DNA of 64,000 nucleotides from an uncultured Chloroflexia bacterium. Lineage in GTDB: Bacteria > Chloroflexota > Anaerolineae > JAAYZQ01. A model generated the notes under the pieces. It was not told the DNA's origin. It worked only from the letters and a program-made list of their open reading frames with translations, and did not search any database. The translations under genes were made by a program, and so were the position numbers. Position 1 is the first letter of the stretch. Every line of letters begins with the position of its first letter. Location of the stretch: NCBI GenBank assembly GCA_963700285.1, contig CAVOXA010000014.1:544001-608000 (forward strand), given 5' to 3'. Below are positions 37,306-45,827 of the stretch, piece by piece.

Positions 37306-38307
37306 CTACGGCCGGTACTCCTGTACCAGCTCTGCCATCGCGGGATCGTCGGCAATGGAAGCATCCATCCACACCGATTGCCATTGTTCCCCACTGAGGC
37401 TGCCATCCGCCTCCAGGGTTACCTGCAGTCTGCCAACCCTCCGTCCCGAGTGCTGTGGACTCGCCTGCTCGGCAGTGACCACCAGCGTCCCGGTTTCGGG
37501 TGCCCGTACAGCGACCTCGGGCAGTTGCCCAGGCAGAGCCGCGATGACCAGGTCAATACCCGCAACTTCCTGTGCCAGGGCCAGCCCAGCGCGATAGGTG
37601 AGGTTGGTCAGGACCACGACGGTATCTGCCTCTTTGGCCATCTCGGGTAGATATTGGGCCGCCGCTTCCTGCGGATCAAGGACTAGAAAGCCGTCGAGCG
37701 GCTCAGAGGGCAGCCGGGTCAGGCCGAGCACGCCCAGGCGGTGGTCGCCAACATCCAGGACCGTGTAGGGTTGGGTCAGCAACTCGCCGGTAGCGCTCAG
37801 CACTACGTTGGCCGACAGCACTGGAAAATCAGCCTCCCCCAATCGCCGGGTTAGCTTCTCGGCCCCCAGTTTCAGCTCCTGCGGGCCCAGGGCCATGGCA
37901 TCGTAGCTCATCATGTTCATGCCGGCGACAATAACTTCACCGTCCGTGAGGTCGCCAAGCCAGCCGCCCCCACCCAGAGCGTCACCGGTGTCGAGCAGGA
38001 GAAGATGCTCCGCGTCCGCTTCCTGCTGCTTCAAGTAGGTGGCTCGCCGGCGGAACCCGCCGGTAGAGTTTTTTCCTCAGCCGCAAGGCTCCGTCTCCCC
38101 CCAATTGTCGTTGGTATGGAGCACCAGCAATTGCGAGGGCGTCACCGGCGCCGTGGGGAAAGACTCGACAAGCGGGGAAGTGTATCCGCCAGATGCTGCG
38201 GCAGCGCCAGGCCCGTCAGCCTCAGGTGCCAACGCCCCGCAGCCTGCGGCCAACAGACAAAGGGCCAACAGCACAAGTACCGAGGATCTGCGAAAATGGT
38301 TGAACAT
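37306..38307 (-). CDS. UshA/5'-nucleotidase-like lipoprotein; selenoprotein with CxU motif (UGA at 38077-38079 read as Sec)
   Basis: ORFs 38077..38319 and 37306..38034 are in the same frame, separated by one TGA and 14 sense codons: LLVLHTNDNWGETEPCG-U-GKNSTGGFRRRATYLK...LLLLDTGD. Lipobox LAAGC. SECIS-like hairpin follows. Confidence 0.85.
38043..38079 (-). other. Sec UGA codon and bacterial SECIS-like stem-loop
   Basis: TGA GGAAAAAA CTC TA CCGGCGG GTT CCGCCGG C GAG: a perfect 7-bp GC stem with a G-initiated apical loop 20 nt after UGA and a lower CTC/GAG stem. Confidence 0.8.
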
Positions 38308-38315
38308 GGTCCCTC

Positions 38316-39419
38316 TCAAGCATTTTGGTCCCCCTCACCCCCGGCCTTTCGGCTGCGCAACAGGAGCCAGAGCGCCACGCCCGCCAACACCAGACCGACC
38401 AGGAGGGCTCCGACCGAGACGAGCAGCAGTAGCGGTCCCAGGGTTTCGTCCTGACTGCTGGCCGGCCCAGCGACCGCGCCCTGCCCTGGGCCCGTTGTAG
38501 GCACCAACCTAGCCTCCAGTTCAATGGTCGGCAGGGGTGTTCGAGTGGGCAACGGCGTGATGGTTGGAGGCGCTGGCGAAGGGGTACTCGTCCAGGTAGC
38601 GGTGGGCGACGGCGTTGGGGTCTGAGTGGGCGTGGGTGTGGGTGTGGCCGTTTCGGTAGGCGCCGGCGTTTCGGTGGGCGTCGGAGAAGGCGGAACCGCG
38701 GTGGGCGTCTCGGTCGGCGGCGCCGGAGTCGGGGTCTGCGTGGGCGGCCGGCGCGTCGGCGTGGGTGACGGGATTGGCGTCACGGTCGCCGCCGGCTGGT
38801 TCGGGTCGGGCCACAGACCCACAGCATCGACAAAGATCCAATCGTTGCCGTACGTGGTCGGATGATCGGTCCAGACAAACACGGTCATGGTTGGCCCTGT
38901 GGCTCTGGCCGAGACGGTCAGGTCGGGCCAGGAGTTGATCCCCCGTTCGGAGGGGCCCCATACCACCGTGGGTGCAAGAGGATCGGTGCCGCCGGTGGGA
39001 TCCAGGCCAAGTCTGCGCTCAAAGTTTGGTTGGGTAACAGCCGCCCAGCCCGCGTCTGTCTGGTATACGACGCCGGGCGTCACCCCGACCTGCTGGTAGA
39101 TGCCGCCCCGAAAGGGCACACCATCCGACAGCAGCCACAGGGACGGCGCCCCCCAGTAGGTATCAATGGAGCTGCGGAAATCCATGTTTCCGGCCAGAAT
39201 ATAGGGCTCCCAACCGTTGGGGACCTGTAGTTGCTTGCCCTGGTAGTCACGACCAGAAAAATGATCGAAGCCGCAGTTCTGGGTCAGGTTGCCGGGTTCC
39301 AGGCAGGGGTTTCTAGCCCCCGCCCTGGAAAGCACGGGCCTAAAGGTTAGTACCACCAAGGTCCCGAGCAACGCCCAGATACCCCAAACGATCAAGAACC
39401 TGTTATTCTTTGCGCTCAT
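38316..39419 (-). CDS. cell-surface protein: signal/TM, beta-sandwich (CBM-like) domain, Pro/Thr-rich stalk, C-terminal TM anchor
   Basis: ATG 39419 preceded by extended -10 TGCTATACT. NLTQNCGFD...VPNGW...GGIYQQV...GLDPTGGTDP; (PT)n linker; TM followed by RSRK. Confidence 0.75.
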   Translation of the reverse strand: MSAKNNRFLIVWGIWALLGTLVVLTFRPVLSRAGARNPCLEPGNLTQNCGFDHFSGRDYQGKQLQVPNGWEPYILAGNMDFRSSIDTYWGAPSLWLLSDGVPFRGGIYQQVGVTPGVVYQTDAGWAAVTQPNFERRLGLDPTGGTDPLAPTVVWGPSERGINSWPDLTVSARATGPTMTVFVWTDHPTTYGNDWIFVDAVGLWPDPNQPAATVTPIPSPTPTRRPPTQTPTPAPPTETPTAVPPSPTPTETPAPTETATPTPTPTQTPTPSPTATWTSTPSPAPPTITPLPTRTPLPTIELEARLVPTTGPGQGAVAGPASSQDETLGPLLLLVSVGALLVGLVLAGVALWLLLRSRKAGGEGDQNA

Positions 39420-39600
39420 TGTCGACTCGTGCTGGCTTGGCCCTCCAGCGCGGCACAGTATAGCAAAGGGAACCTGAAAAGTCAAAGCCGGATCCTCTTC
39501 GCGGGAATGACAGGTGAGCTTGGGCAGTGTTTCCACCGAAATCGATACTCCACCCTCCGGGACGGTTCTTTGCGCACGGCGACAGCTATGGTACAATGAG

Positions 39601-39623
39601 TTAGACAACATAGAGTTGACTAA
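39601..39623. promoter_or_regulatory. candidate operator palindrome upstream of first URO-D-family gene
   Basis: TTAGACAAC-N5-GTTGACTAA (8/9), directly after the extended -10 TGGTACAAT. Confidence 0.5.
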
Positions 39624-39647
39624 AAGCGTCACAAGGAGGAGACAACC

Positions 39648-40703
39648 ATGGGCCCTCGTGAGAGATTGTTGACGGCACTGGATGGCGGCGAGCCGGACCG
39701 CGTGCCCTGCGCGCTGAGCTTCTACCGGGTGGACCTCGAGCGATTGGCTCCCCCAGGCCAGGCCCAGGATGGTGCTGTGGATGTGCGTTTTGTGCGCTTC
39801 CCCCCATCAGCGGAGGAGGAGGAACTGCGCCGCCAGGCCCAGCCCTACGCTGGCGACACGCGCCTGGGGACCGTATCCCAGGTGACGACCTACAGCCAAT
39901 GGGAATATCGCCCGCAGACACCAGAAAACCGCAACCCCCTGGCCGGCGCAAAGTCGTTGGACGATCTGCGCGAGTTTCCCTTTCCGGACGTCAGCGCCCC
40001 CTACCGGGTGGATGGCTTGGCTCAACAGGTACACGATTTGCACGAGCGCGGCCTGGCCGCCGGCGGGAACCTGCCTCACCTGGGCGGTGAGCTGTTCGAG
40101 GCAGCCTGGCGGCTGCGCGGCCTGGAGAACTTTTTGCTGGATCTGATCGAGCGGCCAGATTGGGCCCATTTCCTCATCGGCCGGCTCACTGACCTGGCCC
40201 GCCGCAACGCCCGGGCCCTGGCCCAGGCCGGCGTGGATGTACTAGCTCTGGATGACGATGTGGGCATGCCCCGGACCATGATGATCGGTCCGCATACCTG
40301 GCGCGAGTTCTTCAAGCCGCGGCTGGCTGACATTATCCAGTCCGCCCGGGCCATCAAACCCGATCTGCGTGTCGTATTCCACAGCGACGGCTACTTTGAG
40401 CCCATCGTCGGCGACCTGATGGAGGTAGGCGTGAACGCCATCAATCCCGTGCAGCCCGATCACATGGATGCGGCCCACATCCGCCGCCGGTTTGGACCCA
40501 GTCTGGCGCTGTGGGGCACCATCGGGCACCAGACCACCTGGAGTTTCGCCACTCCCGCCGAGATACGCCAGGAGGTCAAGCTTCGGATCGAGACCTTGGG
40601 GCGCGCTGGCCTCATCCTCTGTCCCGCCTATGACATTGACGAGCCTGACATTCCATGGGAGAATATCGCCGCCTTTCTCAGCGCGGTGCGGGAGTACGGA
40701 TAG
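39648..40703 (+). CDS. uroporphyrinogen decarboxylase/MtaA-CmuA superfamily protein
   Basis: PRERLLTALDGGEPDRVP, LRGLENFLLDL, DDVG, FHSDG, INPVQP, PWENI. Confidence 0.85.
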   Translation: MGPRERLLTALDGGEPDRVPCALSFYRVDLERLAPPGQAQDGAVDVRFVRFPPSAEEEELRRQAQPYAGDTRLGTVSQVTTYSQWEYRPQTPENRNPLAGAKSLDDLREFPFPDVSAPYRVDGLAQQVHDLHERGLAAGGNLPHLGGELFEAAWRLRGLENFLLDLIERPDWAHFLIGRLTDLARRNARALAQAGVDVLALDDDVGMPRTMMIGPHTWREFFKPRLADIIQSARAIKPDLRVVFHSDGYFEPIVGDLMEVGVNAINPVQPDHMDAAHIRRRFGPSLALWGTIGHQTTWSFATPAEIRQEVKLRIETLGRAGLILCPAYDIDEPDIPWENIAAFLSAVREYG

Positions 40704-40807
40704 GCGTCAGGTAGCAAGCCGGCTGCAGTCTGCCATCGTCCAATTATGTCCAATGTTGTTCAGTTTCGCCAGGTTTGCCACGGCTATCTGGCCCAGTCTC
40801 ACAATAC

Positions 40808-40863
40808 TTGACAACCGATACAGTCTGTGATATAATCAAATCGCGAAACCGAGTTTCGTGATT
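40808..40863 (+). promoter_or_regulatory. consensus sigma70 promoter plus operator palindrome
   Basis: TTGACA-N17-TATAAT (40808-40836). AATCGCGAAAC-CGA-GTTTCGTGATT (10/11) at 40839-40863, over the predicted +1. Confidence 0.8.
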
Positions 40864-40943
40864 CGTGGCTTGTGCTCAAGCCCACATGTCGCAGCCTGAA
40901 ACCCGCTTGACTCTGACGTCGGCGTTCCCGGGAGGCAGGAAAC

Positions 40944-41760
40944 GTGCCAGGGAAGGGAACCTCTGAGCGTGCTAACTATCAGATCCGGTCCGTCGAACGG
41001 GCTCTGGATGTCCTGGAGTCGTTTACGGTCGAAGACCCCGCGCTGCACTTCGATGACCTCTGCGAGCGTACCCACCTGCCCAAGAGCACCGCTTTCAAAA
41101 TCCTCTCCGTTCTGGAACAGCGGGACTATGTGCAGAGAAGCCCGGAAGGCGGGAACTATCGCGTCGGCTTCCAGGCCTTCGAGGTCGGCAACAGGTACCT
41201 GGCCGGGCTGACCATGATCGAGAATCGTCCATCCTTTCTTGAAAAAACTAGTCCGCAGATTTCCCCAAAGTGCGGCCCACGTGGCCGTTCTATCACCCAA
41301 TGAGACCAAGATCGTTTATGTAGATGTCCTGACCCGGAACGCCTACCTGGTTCCTGCACCCATTGGCAGCCAATTGTGGGCCCACGCAACGGCCTTGGGC
41401 AAGTGTCTTCTGGCCGGGCTGCCTGAGGAGGCGTTGGAGCGCAGGTTGGCGTGCATCGAGATGCCCCAACTGACAGCAAAGACCATGACCGATCCACAGT
41501 TGCTCCGTGAGCACCTGAAGCAGGTATACGCCCAAGGGTATGCCCTTGACGACGAAGAGATAAGCCCTGGCAACCTCTGTGTGGCCGTCCCCTGCCGGGA
41601 CCGGCAAGGGAGGACGATCGCGTCTATCAGTACCTCGCACGTAAAGGAGGCCATGGCCGATGACACGGCCACCGTCATTGCTGAAATGTGTCAGGTCGCC
41701 AGAGATGTATCCAAGGCGATGGGCTATGCGCCACCGCCAGCCGAGACACCATGTCTGTGA
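40944..41760 (+). CDS. IclR-family transcriptional regulator, with one +1 frameshift near 41223
   Basis: SVERALDVLESF...LPKSTAFKIL HTH; HATALGKCLLA, GYALDDEE, CVAVP. An extra A in GAGAATC splits it into two ORFs. Confidence 0.9.
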
Positions 41761-41812
41761 GATATCGCCCCAGCAGCGGGGACAAACAAGATAGCATGTT
41801 TAGGAGAAACCA

Positions 41813-42838
41813 ATGACAGCACAGGAATACTGGCAACGCGCGTTGCAGGGCGGCAAGTGGCTGGCCGAGCAACAGAACCCCGACGGGAGTTGGAAGGAGT
41901 TGAGCGATCCCATGGTGGACGCCTTTTACAAGGGCGGCTGGCCCCTGGTCCTGACAGGCCAGACCGCCGCCGCCCACCGCCTGCTCACCTACGCCCGCGA
42001 TCAGTTCATGACCGCCGAAGGTGATTTTGTGCCGCGGTATCACCCCTGGCACACCAACGTGCATTATCTCTACCCTAACGCCTACTTTATCGTGGGCAGC
42101 ATGATGGCCGGCCGCTACGAGGTGGCCATGCCAGCAATGGGGTTCATGCTGGGCCAGCAGGACCCAGAGCACGGCGGGTTCTACACGCGACGTATCGAGC
42201 CAGGCCAGAGGCAGATGTGCGACACAATGTCTACCGGCGCGGCAGGCATGGCCCTGCTGGCCGGAGGTCAGGTGAAGGCCGCTAGGCGCGCGGCTGATTT
42301 CTTTGCCCGTCTGATCGAGCTCCAGCCCGACCCGCAAACTCGATTCTACGCCACGGTCGAGGCCGACGGCAGTCTGGGTACCGAGATGCAGGATGATACG
42401 GAACCATGGTGGCGCATCGTCGACACCCAGATCGAGAACCAGTGCTGGTACGCCGTGGGCCTGCCCTTTGCCTTCCTGGTGCGGCTCGCCGAGGCGACCG
42501 GGGAAGCACGGCATCGCGAGCTGGTCCAGTGGTTCTTTGATTTCCAGGAGCGCTGCGTCGACCCCTGGGACGGCGGCTCGAGTGGCAAGGCCGGCTGGGG
42601 TTGTTCCATGCTCTACCGCATCACCGGCGAGGAAAAGTATAAGGAGATCGCCCTGCACGTGGCCGGCAACATTGCCAGCCAGCAGGACGACGACGGCAGT
42701 TGGATCCTGAGGGCGGGCGGCTACAGCGAAGGGGATGAACGAACGCTGGCCAACGCCGCCTTTGACGTAACATCCGAGTTTACCCTGTGGTTGGCCGTGA
42801 TCGCGGCCAACGTCATGGCCCGCGACGGGGTCAGGTAG
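41813..42838 (+). CDS. alpha/alpha-toroid protein with QW-type repeats; function unknown
   Basis: WLAEQQNPDGSW, FMLGQQDPEHGGF, IASQQDDDGSW. Confidence 0.7.
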   Translation: MTAQEYWQRALQGGKWLAEQQNPDGSWKELSDPMVDAFYKGGWPLVLTGQTAAAHRLLTYARDQFMTAEGDFVPRYHPWHTNVHYLYPNAYFIVGSMMAGRYEVAMPAMGFMLGQQDPEHGGFYTRRIEPGQRQMCDTMSTGAAGMALLAGGQVKAARRAADFFARLIELQPDPQTRFYATVEADGSLGTEMQDDTEPWWRIVDTQIENQCWYAVGLPFAFLVRLAEATGEARHRELVQWFFDFQERCVDPWDGGSSGKAGWGCSMLYRITGEEKYKEIALHVAGNIASQQDDDGSWILRAGGYSEGDERTLANAAFDVTSEFTLWLAVIAANVMARDGVR

Positions 42839-42996
42839 GGGCTACGCTCGAATCTGTCATTGCGAGCGAAGCGAAGGTAGGGGCTACGCTCGAATCTGTC
42901 ATTGCGAGCGCAGCGAAGCAATCCCCACATAATCAAGAGAAACCTGCTTTTTTGCACAGAAAGGGATTGCTTCGTCGTTTCACTCCTCGCAATGAC
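42833..42996. repeat. palindromic REP/MITE-like element with 42-bp tandem duplication at its left end
   Basis: 42833-42874 repeated at 42875-42916 (1 mismatch). Inverted pairs GTCATTGCGAG/CTCGCAATGAC (42898/42996) and CGAAGCAATCCC/GGGATTGCTTCG (42914/42974). Confidence 0.85.
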
Positions 42997-43200
42997 TGGG
43001 CAGCACAACATGCTGCGCAATGCATCATCGTCTTGGGATGCTGGTGAGGCATCGTGCTCCACTGGTGTCCTGGCACATGAAGAGAGGGGGTGATAGTGAG
43101 CCGAAAAGGTGGGTGGTGACGCCATGACCACCCGCGGTCTCGCAAGCCATGGCAACATGGATCAAGTCCTATCCAACAAACTGCTTAAGGAGGAGTCAAG

Positions 43201-44712
43201 ATGTCGCGGAAAATGTTGCTGAGCATCCTGAGTTTGATGGTCGTCCTGGCCATGCTGGCCGGCTGTGGAGCTGCGCCAGAGCCGGAGACCATCATCCAGA
43301 CCGTTGAGGTCGAGAAAGAGGTTGTCAAGGAAGTTGAAAAGGTCGTCACCCAAGTGGTCGAGGTCGAAAAAGAGGTTGTCAAGGAAGTTGAAAAGGTCGT
43401 CACCCAGGTGGTCGAGGTCGAGAAAGAGGTGATGGTCGAGGTCACCCCGGCGCCAGAGTTTATGGAGGACGTCACCCTGGTCTACTGGAGCGATCCCCGC
43501 TTCACCCTGGTCAAGGGCAAAGAGGACCAGACCCAGGTGATTGGTGACTATGAGATGCTCCTGGCCGAGCAGTTTATGGAGATGTACCCCAACGTCACCA
43601 TCGAGGTCGAGGCCCTGCAGTGGGCTGACCTGTCCACCAAAGTGACGGCTGCCATCGCCGCCGGCGCCCCGCCAGACGTCCTCAAGGACTACCTGGGCCG
43701 TACCTCCGGCTATGCCTGGCAGGATCTTCTGGAGCCGATGGAGGAACTGGTCCCGGCTGCAGAGCTGGAGGACTATTTGCCCGACTTGATCGACCAGTAC
43801 ACCATCAACGGCCACTTGCACGGGCTGCCGATCTTTTACTGGATCACGGCCATGTCCGGCAACAAGGCCATCTGGGATGCGGCCGGCGCCACCGACCTGC
43901 TGCCGCTGGACGACGGCGAGTGGACCTTTGAGGAGTTCGAGGCCGCCCTCAAAGCCGTGCAGAAGGAGGACGAGCTCTGGCCGTTGGGCCTGCAGGTTGC
44001 CTCCGAACAGGGCGACTATATGTACCTGGCCTATCCATGGGGCATGGGCGCCACCCTCTACCCGCCGGGCGACTATACCGTCTCGGCGCTCAACAGCCCA
44101 GAGGGCGTAGCTGGTGTGCAAAAGATCGTAGACTGGGTGGAGGCGGGCCTCATCGAGCCGGGCGCGACCACCATCATCGGCGACGATCTGAACAACATGT
44201 TCTACGCCGGCCAGACGGCCATCATGGGCAACAGTCTGGCGGCCAAGACATCGCTGGATATCGCCAAGCAAGAGGGACGCGTACCGGCAGAAGTTGACCT
44301 CTTCTTCACCATGTTCCCCCACGCCGAGGGCGTCAAGACCGGAGCCATGGCTGCCGGCCCCACCGGTGTCGTCGTCTTTAAGCAGGAGGATCCGGCCAAG
44401 CGCTACTGGGCCGCCCAGTTTGCCCGGTTCCTGGCCAGCCCCGACCTTCAGCGCGAGTACGCCGTCAACGCCAACCAGTTCCCCTCCCGCAAGTCGGTCG
44501 GCGTACCGCTGGCCGGCGACCCCGACTATGAGAAGCTGCTGGCCTGGGTGCAGGAATACGGCCTCAGCGACATGGGCCTGGCATCGCCCAACTACTATGA
44601 GATGCGGGTGCAGCTCTTCCCGCAGCTCCAGGCCGCCATGCTGGGTGAAAAGACCGCGGAAGAGGCCCTGGCTGACTATGAAGCGGCCGCCAACGAAGTC
44701 CTGAGCCGCTAG
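43201..44712 (+). CDS. carbohydrate ABC transporter substrate-binding lipoprotein
   Basis: Lipobox LAGC; FMEMYPNVTIEVE, IAAGAPPDV, GHLHGLP, WTFEEF; AAGGAGGAG RBS. Confidence 0.9.
   Translation: MSRKMLLSILSLMVVLAMLAGCGAAPEPETIIQTVEVEKEVVKEVEKVVTQVVEVEKEVVKEVEKVVTQVVEVEKEVMVEVTPAPEFMEDVTLVYWSDPRFTLVKGKEDQTQVIGDYEMLLAEQFMEMYPNVTIEVEALQWADLSTKVTAAIAAGAPPDVLKDYLGRTSGYAWQDLLEPMEELVPAAELEDYLPDLIDQYTINGHLHGLPIFYWITAMSGNKAIWDAAGATDLLPLDDGEWTFEEFEAALKAVQKEDELWPLGLQVASEQGDYMYLAYPWGMGATLYPPGDYTVSALNSPEGVAGVQKIVDWVEAGLIEPGATTIIGDDLNNMFYAGQTAIMGNSLAAKTSLDIAKQEGRVPAEVDLFFTMFPHAEGVKTGAMAAGPTGVVVFKQEDPAKRYWAAQFARFLASPDLQREYAVNANQFPSRKSVGVPLAGDPDYEKLLAWVQEYGLSDMGLASPNYYEMRVQLFPQLQAAMLGEKTAEEALADYEAAANEVLSR
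43303..43431 (+). repeat. 54-bp in-frame tandem repeat (about 2.4 copies) encoding VEVEKEVVKEVEKVVTQV
   Basis: Units start at 43303, 43357 and 43411. Confidence 0.9.
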
Positions 44713-44737
44713 TCCGCGCATCGATGCAAGTGTGCTT

Positions 44738-44771
44738 GCATGCTCCCGGCGGCCGTTCGCCGGGAGCATGC
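44738..44771 (+). terminator. 14-bp stem-loop after the binding-protein gene (attenuating or mRNA-stabilising; no U-tract)
   Basis: GCATGCTCCCGGCG-GCCGTT-CGCCGGGAGCATGC. Confidence 0.6.
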
Positions 44772-44928
44772 CTAACCCCTGGCGGGGGAGGGTTCTGTGC
44801 ACCCTCCCGCAGGCCAAGGCGGTTCTTTCACCTACAAAATACACCCTTCCGCAAGACAGGATAGCAAGAAAGAGATCGATTTCCGGAATTGCGGGAGGGT
44901 AGTTGAAGAGACTTGCGGGGAAGTGTCT

Positions 44929-45813
44929 ATGGAAAAAAGCTTGGTCCGACGGATCATTGACGCGCGCTGGGCCTATCTGTTCATCCTACCAGCCTATATC
45001 CCATTCATCATCTTTATTGTATACCCCTTGATCAACGGGGTACGTCTGAGCTTCTACGATGCCAGCCTGAAGGGCCAGGAGTTCATCGGCCTGGAGAACT
45101 TTCGGCGATTGCTGCAGGACGAAGCCTTCCTGCGGGGACTTGTGAACACCATCTTTTTCGTCCTCGTGGTGGTGCCCCTGGCGCTCTTTCTCGCCCTCTT
45201 TGTCGCCATCATGGTGTTCCCGCTGCGCAAACACGTCCAGTCCTTCTTTCGCCTGGCCTTCTATCTGCCTGTGGTGGCCAGCGGTGTGATCCTATCCATG
45301 GTCTGGCTGTGGATCTATAGCCCCACCTTTGGCCTGTTCAATTACATCCTGATGTCCATCGGCCTGCCTCGCGTCACCTGGCTGGGAGGCACCACCACCG
45401 CCCTGCCCTCCCTGGCGCTGGTGGTCCTGACCTGGATCTTGGGAGTGCCGATCATCCTCTACCTGGCCGCCCTGGGCAACATCCCTACCGAACTATTGGA
45501 GGCGGCCCTCATCGACGGCGCCAACGCCTGGAAGCAGTTCTGGAAGGTGACCTTTCCGCTGCTGCTGCCGACGACGCTCTTTGTGCTGGTGACCCAGACC
45601 ATCGGCGTGTTCCAGGTCTTTGTCGTCGTCCTGTTGATGACCCGCGGCGGGCCAGCCTACTCGACGATGACCATCGTCTATGACATCTGGCAGACTGCCT
45701 TTGACTTTTACCACTTTGGCTATGCCTCGGCCATGGGCGTGGTCCTCCTGCTCATCGTCGGCACCATCGCCGTGATCCAATACCGCTTCCTGGGCCGCGA
45801 AGTGGAATATTAG
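44929..45813 (+). CDS. carbohydrate ABC transporter permease
   Basis: AYLFILP, FIGLENF, ELLEAALIDGA (EAA loop), GYASAMG. Confidence 0.92.
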   Translation: MEKSLVRRIIDARWAYLFILPAYIPFIIFIVYPLINGVRLSFYDASLKGQEFIGLENFRRLLQDEAFLRGLVNTIFFVLVVVPLALFLALFVAIMVFPLRKHVQSFFRLAFYLPVVASGVILSMVWLWIYSPTFGLFNYILMSIGLPRVTWLGGTTTALPSLALVVLTWILGVPIILYLAALGNIPTELLEAALIDGANAWKQFWKVTFPLLLPTTLFVLVTQTIGVFQVFVVVLLMTRGGPAYSTMTIVYDIWQTAFDFYHFGYASAMGVVLLLIVGTIAVIQYRFLGREVEY

Positions 45814-45827
45814 CCTGGAGGAGAACC

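Noticed and set aside
38077-38079. TGA as a nonsense mutation (pseudogene) or true end of an 80-aa lipoprotein
   Set aside because: The frame and domain motifs continue past it, the CxU context fits, and a correctly spaced SECIS-like hairpin is present.
38520-38790. Low-complexity GGT/GGC-rich stretch as a DNA repeat element
   Set aside because: It is explained by the Pro/Thr-rich linker coded on the minus strand.
39648-40703. hemE assignment for the URO-D-family genes
   Set aside because: There is no RQAGR motif or tetrapyrrole context, and three divergent copies sit in a catabolic cluster.
41220-41250. Programmed frameshift in IclR at the GAAAAAAC run
   Set aside because: Homology-like sequence is restored by removing an A upstream (GAGAATC near 41223). 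This matches the window-wide pattern of +1 errors.
42833-42916. 42-bp direct repeat as a mini-CRISPR
   Set aside because: There are two abutting copies with no spacer, and they are part of a palindromic element.
43303-43431. Tandem repeats as a possible CRISPR array
   Set aside because: They are contiguous in-frame 54-bp coding repeats without spacers, and there are no cas genes.
43162-44844. 560-aa minus-strand ORF, and similar long antisense ORFs at 14211-15227, 52957-54039, 57679-58878, 60062-61339, 61403-62635 and 62780-63979
   Set aside because: These are shadows of well-supported genes on the opposite strand in GC-rich, codon-biased DNA, with no recognisable motifs.
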